A DNA stretch of 64,000 nucleotides from Bugula neritina (Eukaryota; Animalia; Bryozoa). The notes under the pieces were generated by a model. That model did not search any database. It had not been told where the DNA came from and saw nothing but the letters and a program-made list of their open reading frames with translations. The position numbers and the translations under genes were made by a program. Below are positions 12,502 through 26,737 of the stretch, piece after piece. Positions within the stretch are counted from its first letter, which is position 1; every line of letters starts with the position of its first letter. The DNA is taken from the NCBI GenBank assembly GCA_964035545.1, contig OZ037769.1, positions 11,872,633 through 11,936,632 of the forward strand. The letters run 5' to 3'.

Positions 12502-12582
<81 letters not shown>
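12502..12582. repeat. (TA)n microsatellite
   Basis: Direct inspection; left flank of the PLE fragment. Confidence 0.97.
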
Positions 12583-13462
<880 letters not shown>

Positions 13463-14035
13463 ATATATTTATCACCGTTGTGAGGATTTATCTTCCCGAC
13501 TCTTTTTTTTATTTTTTATGTAATTTAGAGCAGAAATAAAGCGGTAATAAGTATAAACACCCTCATTTATTGATTATAGCTTTCTTTGACAAAACATTCA
13601 CTGTATTCATATCTGCTAAAAACCCGCACCTGCAACAAGGCAACCAAAGACAAAACAGCACCCCACCCTGCCGTACTAGACGGCTAGCTCAAGTGCCAAG
13701 ACAGCCAGTGAAAGGCTTAGAGGACATTTACTAAGGACTCCACCGAATTACCGAGAAAGTGAAGTGCCTGCGGCGTCGGCTACTGAACATCGAACAGGCA
13801 GCATAGCACTAGGAAGTGCCGAAGTACTGTGTAATTGATTACCAGCCTGTGACATTCATTTTTTAATTTGTTTATTTTTTACTACTATCATTATATTATA
13901 CTCATTTACTAAGTGTTTTCTTTTTTGTGTTTTAAAAGTATCTACCTGTAAATTTTATTTTTATTTTTTGTGTATGTACCAGAAAAGGGTTGTACTTTCT
14001 GATGAAGGAAATTGTGCAGTGAAATTGTGTGTACC

Positions 14036-14288
<253 letters not shown>

Positions 14289-14499
14289 TTAGAATTATAT
14301 TCGCTACTAGTTTTTCTACTAATGTAAGGAGCTATTTACCAGGATTCTCTTTTTTTTCTATGTAACATGGAACAGAAATAAAGCAGTAATAAGTATAAAT
14401 ACTCTCATTTTTTAATAATAGCAAAGGGTCCCTGTGTTCACATCAGCTAAAAACTCACACCTATAGTTTCGCGCAGTGAATAATAACATTCCACGTATA

Positions 14500-15070
14500 A
14501 ATTAATATAATATAATAAACATAACATATAAATGCAAAAATAATATATTGTGGAAAGTCATACATTATATACTGAAATTATTCAAAAATAAAATTTTACA
14601 TGCATACCTGTACTTATTGTACTTTACTTGCTTCACTGTTGTAAATAGAGGGCATGCTGAACAATGACCTATCCTCAGGCTGTTCATATATGTTGAAAGG
14701 TAGCTATATATCAAACATGAATTAATTTCAATGATCTGTTTAGACAAAAGTCCCCTATTGAATTGAACTGAGACATTATAGTTTGTTTCTATGATATGTG
14801 CATCTTAAATCTATAGATTCGAATACTAGAAGTGAATACAGCCAATTGACAAAAGAAGAAACAGACTTTTATATATGGCACATAATAGAATTTAATATCT
14901 TTCTCATATTTGCAAATTTTATCTACTTTTTCACAATTGAGTTTCAAATAGTGGTTTAGCCTTTTAATTGTTAACTTGCTTTTCATGTAACCAAGATCTG
15001 TGATATGACATTCCAAAGGCTGTAAGAAATTCAAACTATGAGGGCATATGCATACCAACATAGATACAGA
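14500..15070 (-). repeat. Inverted copy of the segment at about 25300-25870
   Basis: Reverse complement matches (e.g. AAAAGGCTAAACCAC, GAAACTCAATTGTGAAAA, ACAACAGTGAAGCAAGT, AATAAGTACAGGTATGCATGTA). Confidence 0.85.
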
Positions 15071-15072
15071 CA

Positions 15073-15555
15073 CATACATACATACATGCATACATACATG
15101 CATGCATACATACATACATACATACATACATACATACATGCAGGCATACAGTACATGCATACATACATGCATACATACATACATGCATGCATGCATACAT
15201 ACATACATGCATGCATGCATGCATGCATGCATGCATGCATGCATACATACATACATACATACATACATACATACATACATACATACATACATACATACAT
15301 ACATACATACATACATACGTACATACATACATACATACATACATACATACATACATACATACATAAATACATACATACATACATACATAAATACATACAT
15401 ACATGCATACATACATGCATGCATACATACATACATAAATACATACATACATACATACATACATACATACATACATACATACATACATACATACATACAT
15501 ACATACATACATACATACATACATACATACATACATACATACATACATACATACA

Positions 15556-15589
<34 letters not shown>

Positions 15590-15988
15590 CATACATACAT
15601 ACATACATACATACATACATACATACATACATACATACATACATACATACATACATACATACATACATACATACGTACATACATACGTACATACATACAT
15701 ACATACATACATACATACATACATACATACATACATACATACATACATACATACATACATACATACGTACGTACATACGTACATACGTACATACATACGT
15801 ACATACATACATACATACATACATACATACATACATACATACATACATACATACATACATACATACATACATACATACATACACACATACATACACACAT
15901 ACATACATACATACATGCATACATACATACATACATACATACATACATACATACATACATGCATACATACATGCATACATACATGCAT
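15073..15988. repeat. (CATA)n tetranucleotide array, about 0.9 kb
   Basis: Direct inspection; source of the MYVC/HTYI ORFs. Confidence 0.97.
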
Positions 15989-15989
15989 T

Positions 15990-16975
15990 GAACACATCTA
16001 CAAATAAAATTTATATGAAAAACCCAGGGATTGGTTATTGCTCGGCATGCCCTTTATCTACAACAGTGAAGCAAGTGAAGTGCAATAAGTACAGGTATGC
16101 ATGTACAATTTTGTTTTTGAATAATGTCAGTATATATTGTATGATTTTCCACAATATATTATTTTTGCATTTATATATGTTTATTATATATTATTTTTTC
16201 TACACTATGTTGTTCGGGGCAGTACATAGTTGGAATTGTGAAGCATTTGATGACAACAACTTGCATTGATTCATACAGTCATTTTATATAGTACTGATAG
16301 TTGCATGGTTGCAAAGAACACAGATAATGCAAATGCTACTTACATTAACTCTGTTCTCAACCAAATTATACTTGAGTGTGTAGCACCTGCTCAAATATTG
16401 GACTTATTTGACGTGATAAACCCAGATATAGACTCATAGTTTTGCACTAAATAAACATGGTAAAAATCAAAATAGAGGTAGCCTTACTCCATTTCTTGCT
16501 GCATCTTTTGTAACTTATCTATATATTTTGTAAATATATTTCAATAAAGCTGTGTTGCTGATTGAATTGTCAGTGGTTGCGCAAAAGATGCTATGTACAA
16601 ATAAAAAAGAAGTGCAAAAAAGGCATTATAGGTTTTATTGCTTCTTTGCTACTATCAGTTAACCTAAATTTATTGAAACTATATAGCCTGCAATATAATA
16701 TAGGTAGATGTTTAGGTCAACACCTTATGCGATAAAGCAAATGCTAGACTAGTGTAGGTTCTTTTATACAAAGGTTTTCTCATTCCATCTGCTTTAATTT
16801 TTTTTTGGCCATTTATAAATACACGAAACCTATTGCAGTGCTAAAAAATGCTTTACTCCGAATTAACACTTTTAGTTTAGAATATGTAGGTCGGGTTTTT
16901 CAGATATGTTTTTGGCAACAAAGGATACATAAATACTACAAGATTTTGCTTTTAATGCATGAGACATGCAAATTT
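15990..16975 (+). repeat. Segmental duplicate of about 25667-26675 (upstream region of the SLC16-like paralogues)
   Basis: Colinear similarity from GAACACATCTACAAATAAAATTTATA to GATTTTGCTTTTAATGCAT. Confidence 0.88.
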
Positions 16976-18284
16976 ATTATTCATCTGCATGCATGTGAAA
17001 AGTTTTAACCTTTGGTATTTTATCACACATGGCTCTATTTTCATAATCTGTCACCTCATTAGAATGGGTCAGTACACGGCATACCTATGCATGTATGTAA
17101 GTGCAAAGTTTTATTGCATCAATTCTTATGATGTTATCTCTATTCACTTCATGAACTAGTCCTATCATTGCTTGACCGACAAACATTTCCATTAGCATCC
17201 GTACCTGTTTTGTATTCATTGGGTGTATGATTTTAGGTCAGTGGCTGTTGACTGGAGTTGTGATGTTTAAAATAAAAGTTAGCTAGACTTTTTCGGGTAA
17301 AATATTGTTCTAGCTTTAGGCATTCGATCATAATCACCATTATTATAGGGGAATTAATAACATAATTAGTAATACTAGAATAGCAAAACATAACTGTAAG
17401 AAAATTCTTTACTACGGCAACTGAAGGACAGTGAACTGAGTCAAATAGTTTTCAGCATTACAGTTTATTATAATAACATGTACTAAAATTCAGTGGCATG
17501 CTTGACAATAGATAGCTGATATCTTCACAAGCAGATCTCTTATAGGAAGTGTTATTGGTATTGTTATTGATAGCTAACTGCTTGCATTGGACTTCATCAA
17601 CTCACTGACAAAGTTTGCACTGTAAAAGCAAGTCTAGGAGCATATAAAATATGATTGCAACATTTATCTATATATGCAATCATATAATATCCATAAAGAT
17701 AAGGTAAATTAAGAGTAGCAACTATGAAAAATGTATTAAGTTTAAGTACGTATTGAAGTTGTTTTTCTATTTGTAGAGCATGTCATTGTATTTGATTTCA
17801 ATATGTTACTCTGATTTGGAGATTTCAAATTCAAATTCAATAGGCGTAATACAATATATTTTCTTTTTTATAGACAGCTTTTGAAAGCAAATGTAAAAAA
17901 GGTATTCCATTTGTTATGAGCATCATGCAATCTAAACGATTTGGCATATCATAGTTTTATGAATGACTTAAGATCAGCATGCACTCTGCATACATCAGTA
18001 ACAACACTTAACATGCATTTCAAGTGAGCAGCTTGTAGAAATAGGTATGTATGTAATACTGTTGTAGTTTTGCGCACTACTAAGTGGGGTGTTATTGTAT
18101 ACTCGAGTTATTGCTGCATATCTAACTATGAGGTTATGTAAAGAACCGATATAGTTAACGTTTATAAAAAACTGTATTGGACGTCTAATTAAACACAATC
18201 ACAGTCGTCAATAGTAGCAAAAGAATATAACATATCAAATAGTTACACAAGTTCCTAGTCTATCTGACAGTTATCCTTCAACTA

Positions 18285-18460
18285 AGGCTGGGCGCCAGAA
18301 TTGGTGCTGTATATATCCAAGAGGTTGGTCCTGATTGGCCAGTTTAAGGTTCCGGCGGTATCACTGCAGGGAGTGGTGGCAGTGCCGCGCAGGGCTGCGC
18401 TATTGCTAACGGAGTTGTAGTCTCTTGAAACGTTTTTACCTCATGATATAATACAGGTAC
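18285..18460 (+). promoter_or_regulatory. Possible promoter / non-coding first exon of SLC16-like copy 1
   Basis: Local GC/CpG-rich patch with reverse CCAAT box (CTGATTGGCC) and a possible donor near 18457, 1.1 kb upstream of an acceptor-bounded exon; weak evidence. Confidence 0.25.
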
Positions 18461-19579
18461 ATAGGTAGGGAGTACTGGGGGTATGCTTCTCACAGCCACT
18501 ACAATAAGGTTCTTTAAACCTAAATAGCTCTTATGTTTTGTATGCTTGGTTTACAGGCATAGAAAACATGACTATGACTAAATTAATGTTTTTTAATGTT
18601 TTATCAATTTTGACTATTGAATATTTTGCATTTGACAATGTGAACAATGTGACAATGTGAAGCAACACCAATATTTACCGTCTAGAGATTCATGAAATTG
18701 CTAATTTGGTAAAATTTTAACATGATACAAAGACACACACATTGAATTAGTTTACATACAGTTATTGGAGCTGTCCAATGTTATCTTTTCAGTATGGCAA
18801 TCATGCATCAAGTTACTCTGAAACCGGTCACAGTGGTGCTCAAAATATTAGTTCAGTTTGTTTAATAAAGTAAATAATGCATGAAAAGAAAATGTTTCTC
18901 TCATATCTATTCATAAACAAGTTGTTTTGTGTGTTAATGGTTACATGCAGTGAGTTACTGTTATATCAATTCTTCCACATTTATATTTGTTTGAAAATAA
19001 TATATATTTGGATATAAATAGTTTTTTCAAGGTTATAGAATCGTTAAATTTCACATTGCTTAGATATAAAACTAACTTATATAAAATGCTTTTTTGTTTG
19101 ATAAGAAAGTCGATTTGGATAAGTATCATATTATTTAAACAGCTATAATATATTTATTTAGAAATGAAAATAGATGTTATAGTATATATTTGAAGCATTA
19201 CTATATAAAGTTACAAACATACACATATAGTTGATGCTTTAAAAACCTAAAACATTATTTTGTACTGTTTTACATCATTTGACAACAAAATAAAAACAAA
19301 GTTAATTTAAATTGCATTGTAGGATTGTCTCGTATGAATAGAAACTGATTATTAATTTTATACTATAAGCAATAAAAACTATCACTTTGAAAGATACATT
19401 TTTATGTCAAAGAAATCTTCGTTACTGCAATACATATAACCATATCAACTATAATAGTTATTTCTCTGTTACTATTTTACTTATATGGTTAGTTTTTTTA
19501 TATATAATGAGAAAATAAGGTCTAATAACTATTTTAATTATATTAAGTTTTGTTTGCAAAGATATTTTAATTTTTTCAG

Positions 19580-21433
19580 AGTCATATTGTCAAGACTTTG
19601 CACTAAACCTAATTTTCAGAAAGACAAAGGTTATGCATGGGTCATAAGTGTGGCTTCGTTTTTGTCACATTTCTCTCATATCGGATTTAGCTATGGCATT
19701 GCTGGTAACTTGACTATAGCTCATCAGCAGTTCTTCAACATTGACCTTCAGAAAGGAAGTCTGGCTGGATCTATACACTTTGGGGCACTTTTATTGCTTG
19801 GTAAGCATTTAATCAAAAAGTGTCACTATTAAAAGTTGCGGTGAATATATTATTAATTTGTTATTTAATCTTTATATTTTAGCATAAGAAAGTGGAAAAT
19901 TGCTATAGGTAAGTGAACTTTTCTACTATGATATAAAATTTTAGGTCCTTTGGCTTCTGCCATGATAAAGAAGTTTGGCTGCAGAGCTACCCAGATAACT
20001 GGAGGAACCTGCATTCTACTTGGCTTTGCTCTCTCAATACTGTCTAGACGGTTATGGCATGCTATCATTCTGTACAGCGTTCTTGCAGGTAGATAAAACT
20101 TTTAACATACTTTGGCTTAGTATAAATTTTGTACAGTGTCTATACAGGTTTACAGGAACGGTTATAGTTTTAATAATAATGTGTTCAATTGCTGTTTATT
20201 CCTCAAAATCAATCAGGTCAAACTAAAACAAAGTTTTGGTTTGTAGGTCTGGGCAGTGCCTTGTGCTTTAGTGCCAGCTCAACCATCCTCACTCTTTACT
20301 TTGAGCGGTTCAAGTACATTGCTTTCTCTTTATCATTCCTCGGAGGCTACATTGGAGTATCAACATGGCCTCTGACATCTCAATACTTGCTGAGCAAGTT
20401 TGGATATTCATATGCCATGGGAATTATATCCATTTTTACTGTCATCAATGTTTTTGCTGGAATTCTCTATGTTGAACCCCCAGCTCAAGTAGATTCAGGT
20501 AGTTTACAAAAGTCAAAAATAGATTAGTAATGTACTATAGCAATTATGAGGTAATGTTGCCTTATGCCTTTCTACAGTGATTCGTTTACTGTATTGGCTA
20601 TAGAGATGTATAATCGAAATGAGGTAAATGAATGTCAATTGTGATTATGTTATTGTAGCTTTTAGGATCATTGCTAGCTTATAGCACAGTATTTCAATAT
20701 GTATTGTTGAAAAGTTAAAAATTATGAATACATTTGAAAGTTTGCTCGTTACAAAGATAGCAACATAGTTGCCAGAGAGATAGCATTAGCTTTCAGTAAA
20801 TGACTTTTATATTCTATCGTTTGCTTGCATAAAGAAAAGGAAGCTACTTCTACAGGAAATGAGGTAAAACTGCCACACGACAACCCTGATACAGGAGCAG
20901 ATAACCAAGCTGTAAAACTTAGTGAGGTAAATAAAGATTCTAAATCTTGCCTGCATACATACCAGCTAATGGATATATTGTCTGACTACATGTTCTTTAA
21001 AATGGCTTTATTTTTTCTAAAGAGGGGCTGCTACAGATAAAATAGGCCAAAATTAACTAATTCTTAGCTAGCAATGTGATAGTGTAGTCTAACAATCATC
21101 AAAGTATAATTTTATATACATTTGAAAAGTATTATATGCGAAAGATTAAATTACTATAAGTTTTAGTTTTGAATTTACTGGAAGCATACTATGTCTCTCA
21201 AATACTTACATCAATGTAAATGACTGATAAAACATGCTTTTTATTGATTTGTTTTGCTTATAAAAGTCTGTTTTCAAAGTGACTTTTGCAAAAAGAGATT
21301 CTAATAAAAACTTTTTTAATTTTAGGAAAGCAAGGATGTAAAAGTTAACAAGATAGAGTCAGCTGACAAAATTGATGATTTTCAGAAATCCAAATTGATG
21401 CAGGAATTCAAAGACTTACTGAAACTACCAAAG
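19580..21433 (+). pseudogene. SLC16/MCT-like MFS transporter, truncated copy (exons 1-5 only)
   Basis: Exons 19580-19800, 19945-20088, 20247-20498, 20835-20926, 21326-21433 are in frame; exons 2-5 match copy 2 in size. TTG at the position of the paralogue ATG; GC donor after exon 5; no exons 6-9 found before the next copy. Confidence 0.75.
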
Positions 21434-21510
21434 GCATATTATTTAAAAAACAAAGTTACTAATTGCAAAAAGCTTTCTACCAATATATTTTATATTGGCA
21501 AATGGCTTTG

Positions 21511-21665
21511 GAGTCACTTGAACACTGGCTTGGTTTTACACACCTTTTAAATATGAATTAGTAAAACTATAAGTTTCTACTATTGCTAAGGTGTAGACCA
21601 TGGTACTTTGTTATGTGCTGATGAGGGGATAAATCCCGAAACAGCCGCTATACACAGATTGAGAT
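21511..21665 (+). mobile_element. ORF-less hammerhead-bearing repeat (PLE pLTR-like), copy A1
   Basis: Similar to 23285-23440; core CUGAUGA 21618-21624, stem II GGGA/UCCC, GAAA 21638-21641, stem I UGUG/CACA; ends in (TA)n. Confidence 0.75.
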
Positions 21666-21772
21666 ATGTATATATATATATATATATTTAAATATATCTT
21701 TACGAGCTAGTAATTTGATTATAAATAGGTATACGAGAAACATTGTTATTTATTACTTTATTAGGTAAAGTA

Positions 21773-21821
21773 ATTACACTGATATTTCGGGTACCACTGT
21801 ACCCATCTTCAGAGTAGCAAT
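21773..21821 (-). ncRNA. Minimal hammerhead ribozyme
   Basis: Minus strand AUUGCUACU CUGAAGA U GGGUAC AGUG GUACCC GAAA UAU C AGUGUAAU: perfect 6-bp stem II, palindromic AUAU stem III, AUC triplet. Confidence 0.82.
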
Positions 21822-21831
21822 ATATATATAT

Positions 21832-22504
21832 GTTTGCGTATCTTAGTTTGAACGGTCCTTCACTGTGAAGGACCGTTCAAACTAAGATACGCAAACCACA
21901 GATCATCATTTAAAAACAAGGAGAAAGCAAATCAAACAGAACTTAGCAAACACATTTGGCAACTAACTAACAAAAACATTAAGCACAACATAACCTGGAA
22001 AATATTAAGAAAAGCGAAACCATACAACACAACTACCAAAAGGTGTAATTTATGCCTATGGGAATGTTTCTTTATTTTATACAAACCTAACATGCGAAAC
22101 GAACTCTTATCAACCTGCCGACACTCAAAAAAATTCTTACTGTGCAACCACAAAACCTAGAAACTCTGTAGCCTATTTATATTTTAAGTACTATAGTAAA
22201 TAATATACAAATACCCATAGAGAATAGTCACCCAACAAAAACTTCATGCATCTGCTATAAATTATGTTTTTACATTACATTATGGTTTTTTTATATATTA
22301 ATTTACACCTACAAACCTATATAACAATACAGCCACTGCTATGTCTTCGTTACGTTTTACCTTGTGTTTAGCATTTTGATTTTCTTAATGTAAAAATTTA
22401 AATTCGTCAATATTGTGCCTGAGGAGTGCCAAATAGGCATGAAACTATTAGTAGTACAATAAAACAACATCTATATAATTAAATTGCTCTTTTCCTCAAT
22501 AATC

Positions 22505-22505
<1 letters not shown>
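21832..22505 (+). mobile_element. 5'-truncated Penelope-like element (Naiad-type, second family) with 5' fold-back
   Basis: 21864-22160 reads CEGPFKLRYANH...TELSKHIW...ITWKILRK...CNLCLWE...CRHSKKFLL*; perfect inverted repeat 21832-21896; hammerhead in the 3' UTR; TA arrays on both sides. Confidence 0.9.
22411..22461 (+). ncRNA. Type I hammerhead ribozyme (PLE-associated)
   Basis: UAUUGUGC CUGAGGA GUGCC AAAUA GGCAU GAAA CUAUUAG UA GUACAAUA: 8-bp stem I, 5-bp stem II, short stem III, GUA triplet ending 22453. Confidence 0.88.
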
Positions 22506-22821
<316 letters not shown>

Positions 22822-22921
22822 GTTTATATTTGCATTTTTGATTGCTTAAAATCATTACAAAGGCGTATTTGAATAGCTCCAGTGTTTAAAGGCGTAATGC
22901 AATAATTTTAGAACAGCAAAT

Positions 22922-24400
<1,479 letters not shown>

Positions 24401-24448
24401 TTTTGAAGGTGTGTGTGTAGGTATGCGTGCAAGTATGTGTGTAGGTGT

Positions 24449-24953
24449 CAGGATTGGAGTAATTGTAGTTTGTAATTGTAATTGGTTGTAATTAATAACA
24501 TCTTTTCAAGTAATTGAAAGTAATTTGTAGTTGATGTATAAAAATCTAATTGTAATTGTAATTAATTACATAGCTAATGTAATTGATTTTTAGAATTACT
24601 TAATAACTACATAACAATTACTTCAAATTTTTAAATCTTATAAAATTCATATTTTCTCTGCCATGCTTACTGTTTAAATAAAAGTTCAGATTACTTAAAT
24701 GCCTATTGTATCACCCTACTAATTACTGTTGGAAACAAGGAAAGTTCTCCGCTGTTAAAATTGCTTGAGTAGTTATACTCCAAAAGTAAGATTACATAAC
24801 TTCTATTTGTGTCTTTTGAGAATAAAAGTAATTGTAATTGTAATTAATTACATTAATTTTTCAATGTAATTATAATTGTAAATGTAATTGGCAAATTTTC
24901 AGGTAATTGTAAATGTAATTAATTACATTAGAATGTAATTGACCCCAACTCTG
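24449..24953. mobile_element. MITE, hAT-like, with GTAATT subterminal repeats
   Basis: Ends CAGGATTGGAGTAATT / AATTGACCCCAACTCTG; TAGGTGT occurs on both flanks (imperfect TSD). Confidence 0.6.
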
Positions 24954-24959
24954 GACTAG

Positions 24960-25163
24960 GTGTGTATGTATATATGTATGTTTGTGTATGTGCGTATGTG
25001 TGTATGTGTGTATGTGTGTATGTTTTTTATGCGTGCATGCGTGTATGCGTGTACGAGTGTATGCGTTGATGGGTGTATGTGAAAATGGGTGTATGCGTGT
25101 ATGCGTATACGCGTGTATGTGTGTATACGTGTAAGCGTGTATGCGTGCATGTGTGTATACGTG

Positions 25164-25194
<31 letters not shown>

Positions 25195-25300
25195 GCATGT
25201 ATGTATGTATGTATGTGTGTATGTGTGTGCGTGTATGTGTGTGTGTATGTGTGTATGTATGTATGTATTATGTATGTAATTATATATGTATTTATGTATG
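24960..25300. repeat. Degenerate (TGTA)n/(TG)n array
   Basis: Direct inspection. Confidence 0.9.
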
Positions 25301-26737
25301 TATCTATGTTGGTATGCTTATGTTCTCATAGTCTAAAAATCTCACAGCTTTTGAAATGTCATATCGCAGATCGTGACTACATGAGAGCAAGTTAACCATT
25401 AAAAGGCTAAACCACCATTTGAAACTCAATTGTGAAAAGTAGGTACAATTTGCAAATATGTGAACAATAATAAGTTCCATTATGTACTATATATAAAGGT
25501 TTGTTTCTACTTTTGTCAATCGGCTGTATATTCAATTTTATTTAGTTAGTCAAATCTACAGATTTAGGATGCAGATTCAATAGAAATAAACTATAATGGC
25601 TCAGTTCAATTCATTAAGGTGCTTTTGTCCAAATAGATCATTGAAAGATAGTTATCGTTCAACATAGAACACATCTACAAATAAAATTTATACGAAAAAC
25701 CCAGGGAGTGGTTATTGCTCGGCATGCCCTTTATCTACAACAGTGAAGCAAGTGAAGTGCAATAAGTACAGGTATGCATGTACAATTTTGCTTTTGAATA
25801 ATGTCAGTATAGAAAGTACGATTTCCCACAATATATTATTATTGCATTTATATATGTTTATTATATACTATGTTTTCAACATTATGTTGTTTGGGGCAGT
25901 CTATAGTTGGAATTGCGAAGCGTTTGATGACAACAACCTGCATTGATTCGTACAGTCAGTTCCTTTATATATTACTGCTAATTGCATGGTTGCGTGGAAC
26001 ACAGATAATGCAAATGCTACCTACATTAACTCTGTTTACAACCAGATTACTTGAGTGTGTAGCAGCTGCTCTAATATTGGACTTAGCTGACATGCTGAAC
26101 CCAAATGTAGACTCATAGGTTTGCACTAAATAAACAAATTAAAAAGTTGAAACAGAGGTAGCCCTACTCCATTTCTTGCTGCATCTTTTGTAACTCATCT
26201 ACATTTGTAAATATATTTCAATAAAGCGGCATTGATGATTGAATTGTCAGTAGGCGCACAAAAATGCTATGCAAAAAAGGCATTAAGTTTCATTGGTACT
26301 ATCAGTCAGCCTATATTACTGCCACCCGATCAGGAAACGGCGGAGAAAGGTGAGAAAGTTAGCCTAAATCGGATTGAAATTATAAATATAGCCTGCAATA
26401 TAATATACACGTTTAGGTCAACCCTTCATGTAATAAAGCAACTGCTAGGCTAGTGTAGGTTCTTTTATACAAAAGTTTTCTCATTCCATCTTTCTTTTTA
26501 GATAGTTTTAAATACAAATACACAAAACCTATTGTAGTGCTAACAAATGCTTTACTCAAAATTAACACTGTTAGTTTAGAATTTGTAGACCGGATTTTTC
26601 AAATATGTTCTTGGCAAAAAAAGATACATAAATTGTACAAGATTTTGCTTTTAATGCATAAAAAGTGCAAATGTGCTATAGCCTAATCTTAATTAAATTT
26701 TTCACTGTGTGTTGCAGAAAAATTTAGACAAGTCATA

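Noticed and set aside
12434-12582. N-terminal part of the 215-aa ORF (YIYIYI) fused to GIY-YIG
   Set aside because: Open frame through a (TA)n array; only 12583-13081 is genuine PLE coding sequence.
14789-16007. Long ORFs of 317-402 aa (MYVC/HTYI repeats), likewise the VC/HT ORFs at 10420-10915, 41507-42244 and 43743-44117
   Set aside because: Stop-free translations of microsatellites and minisatellites.
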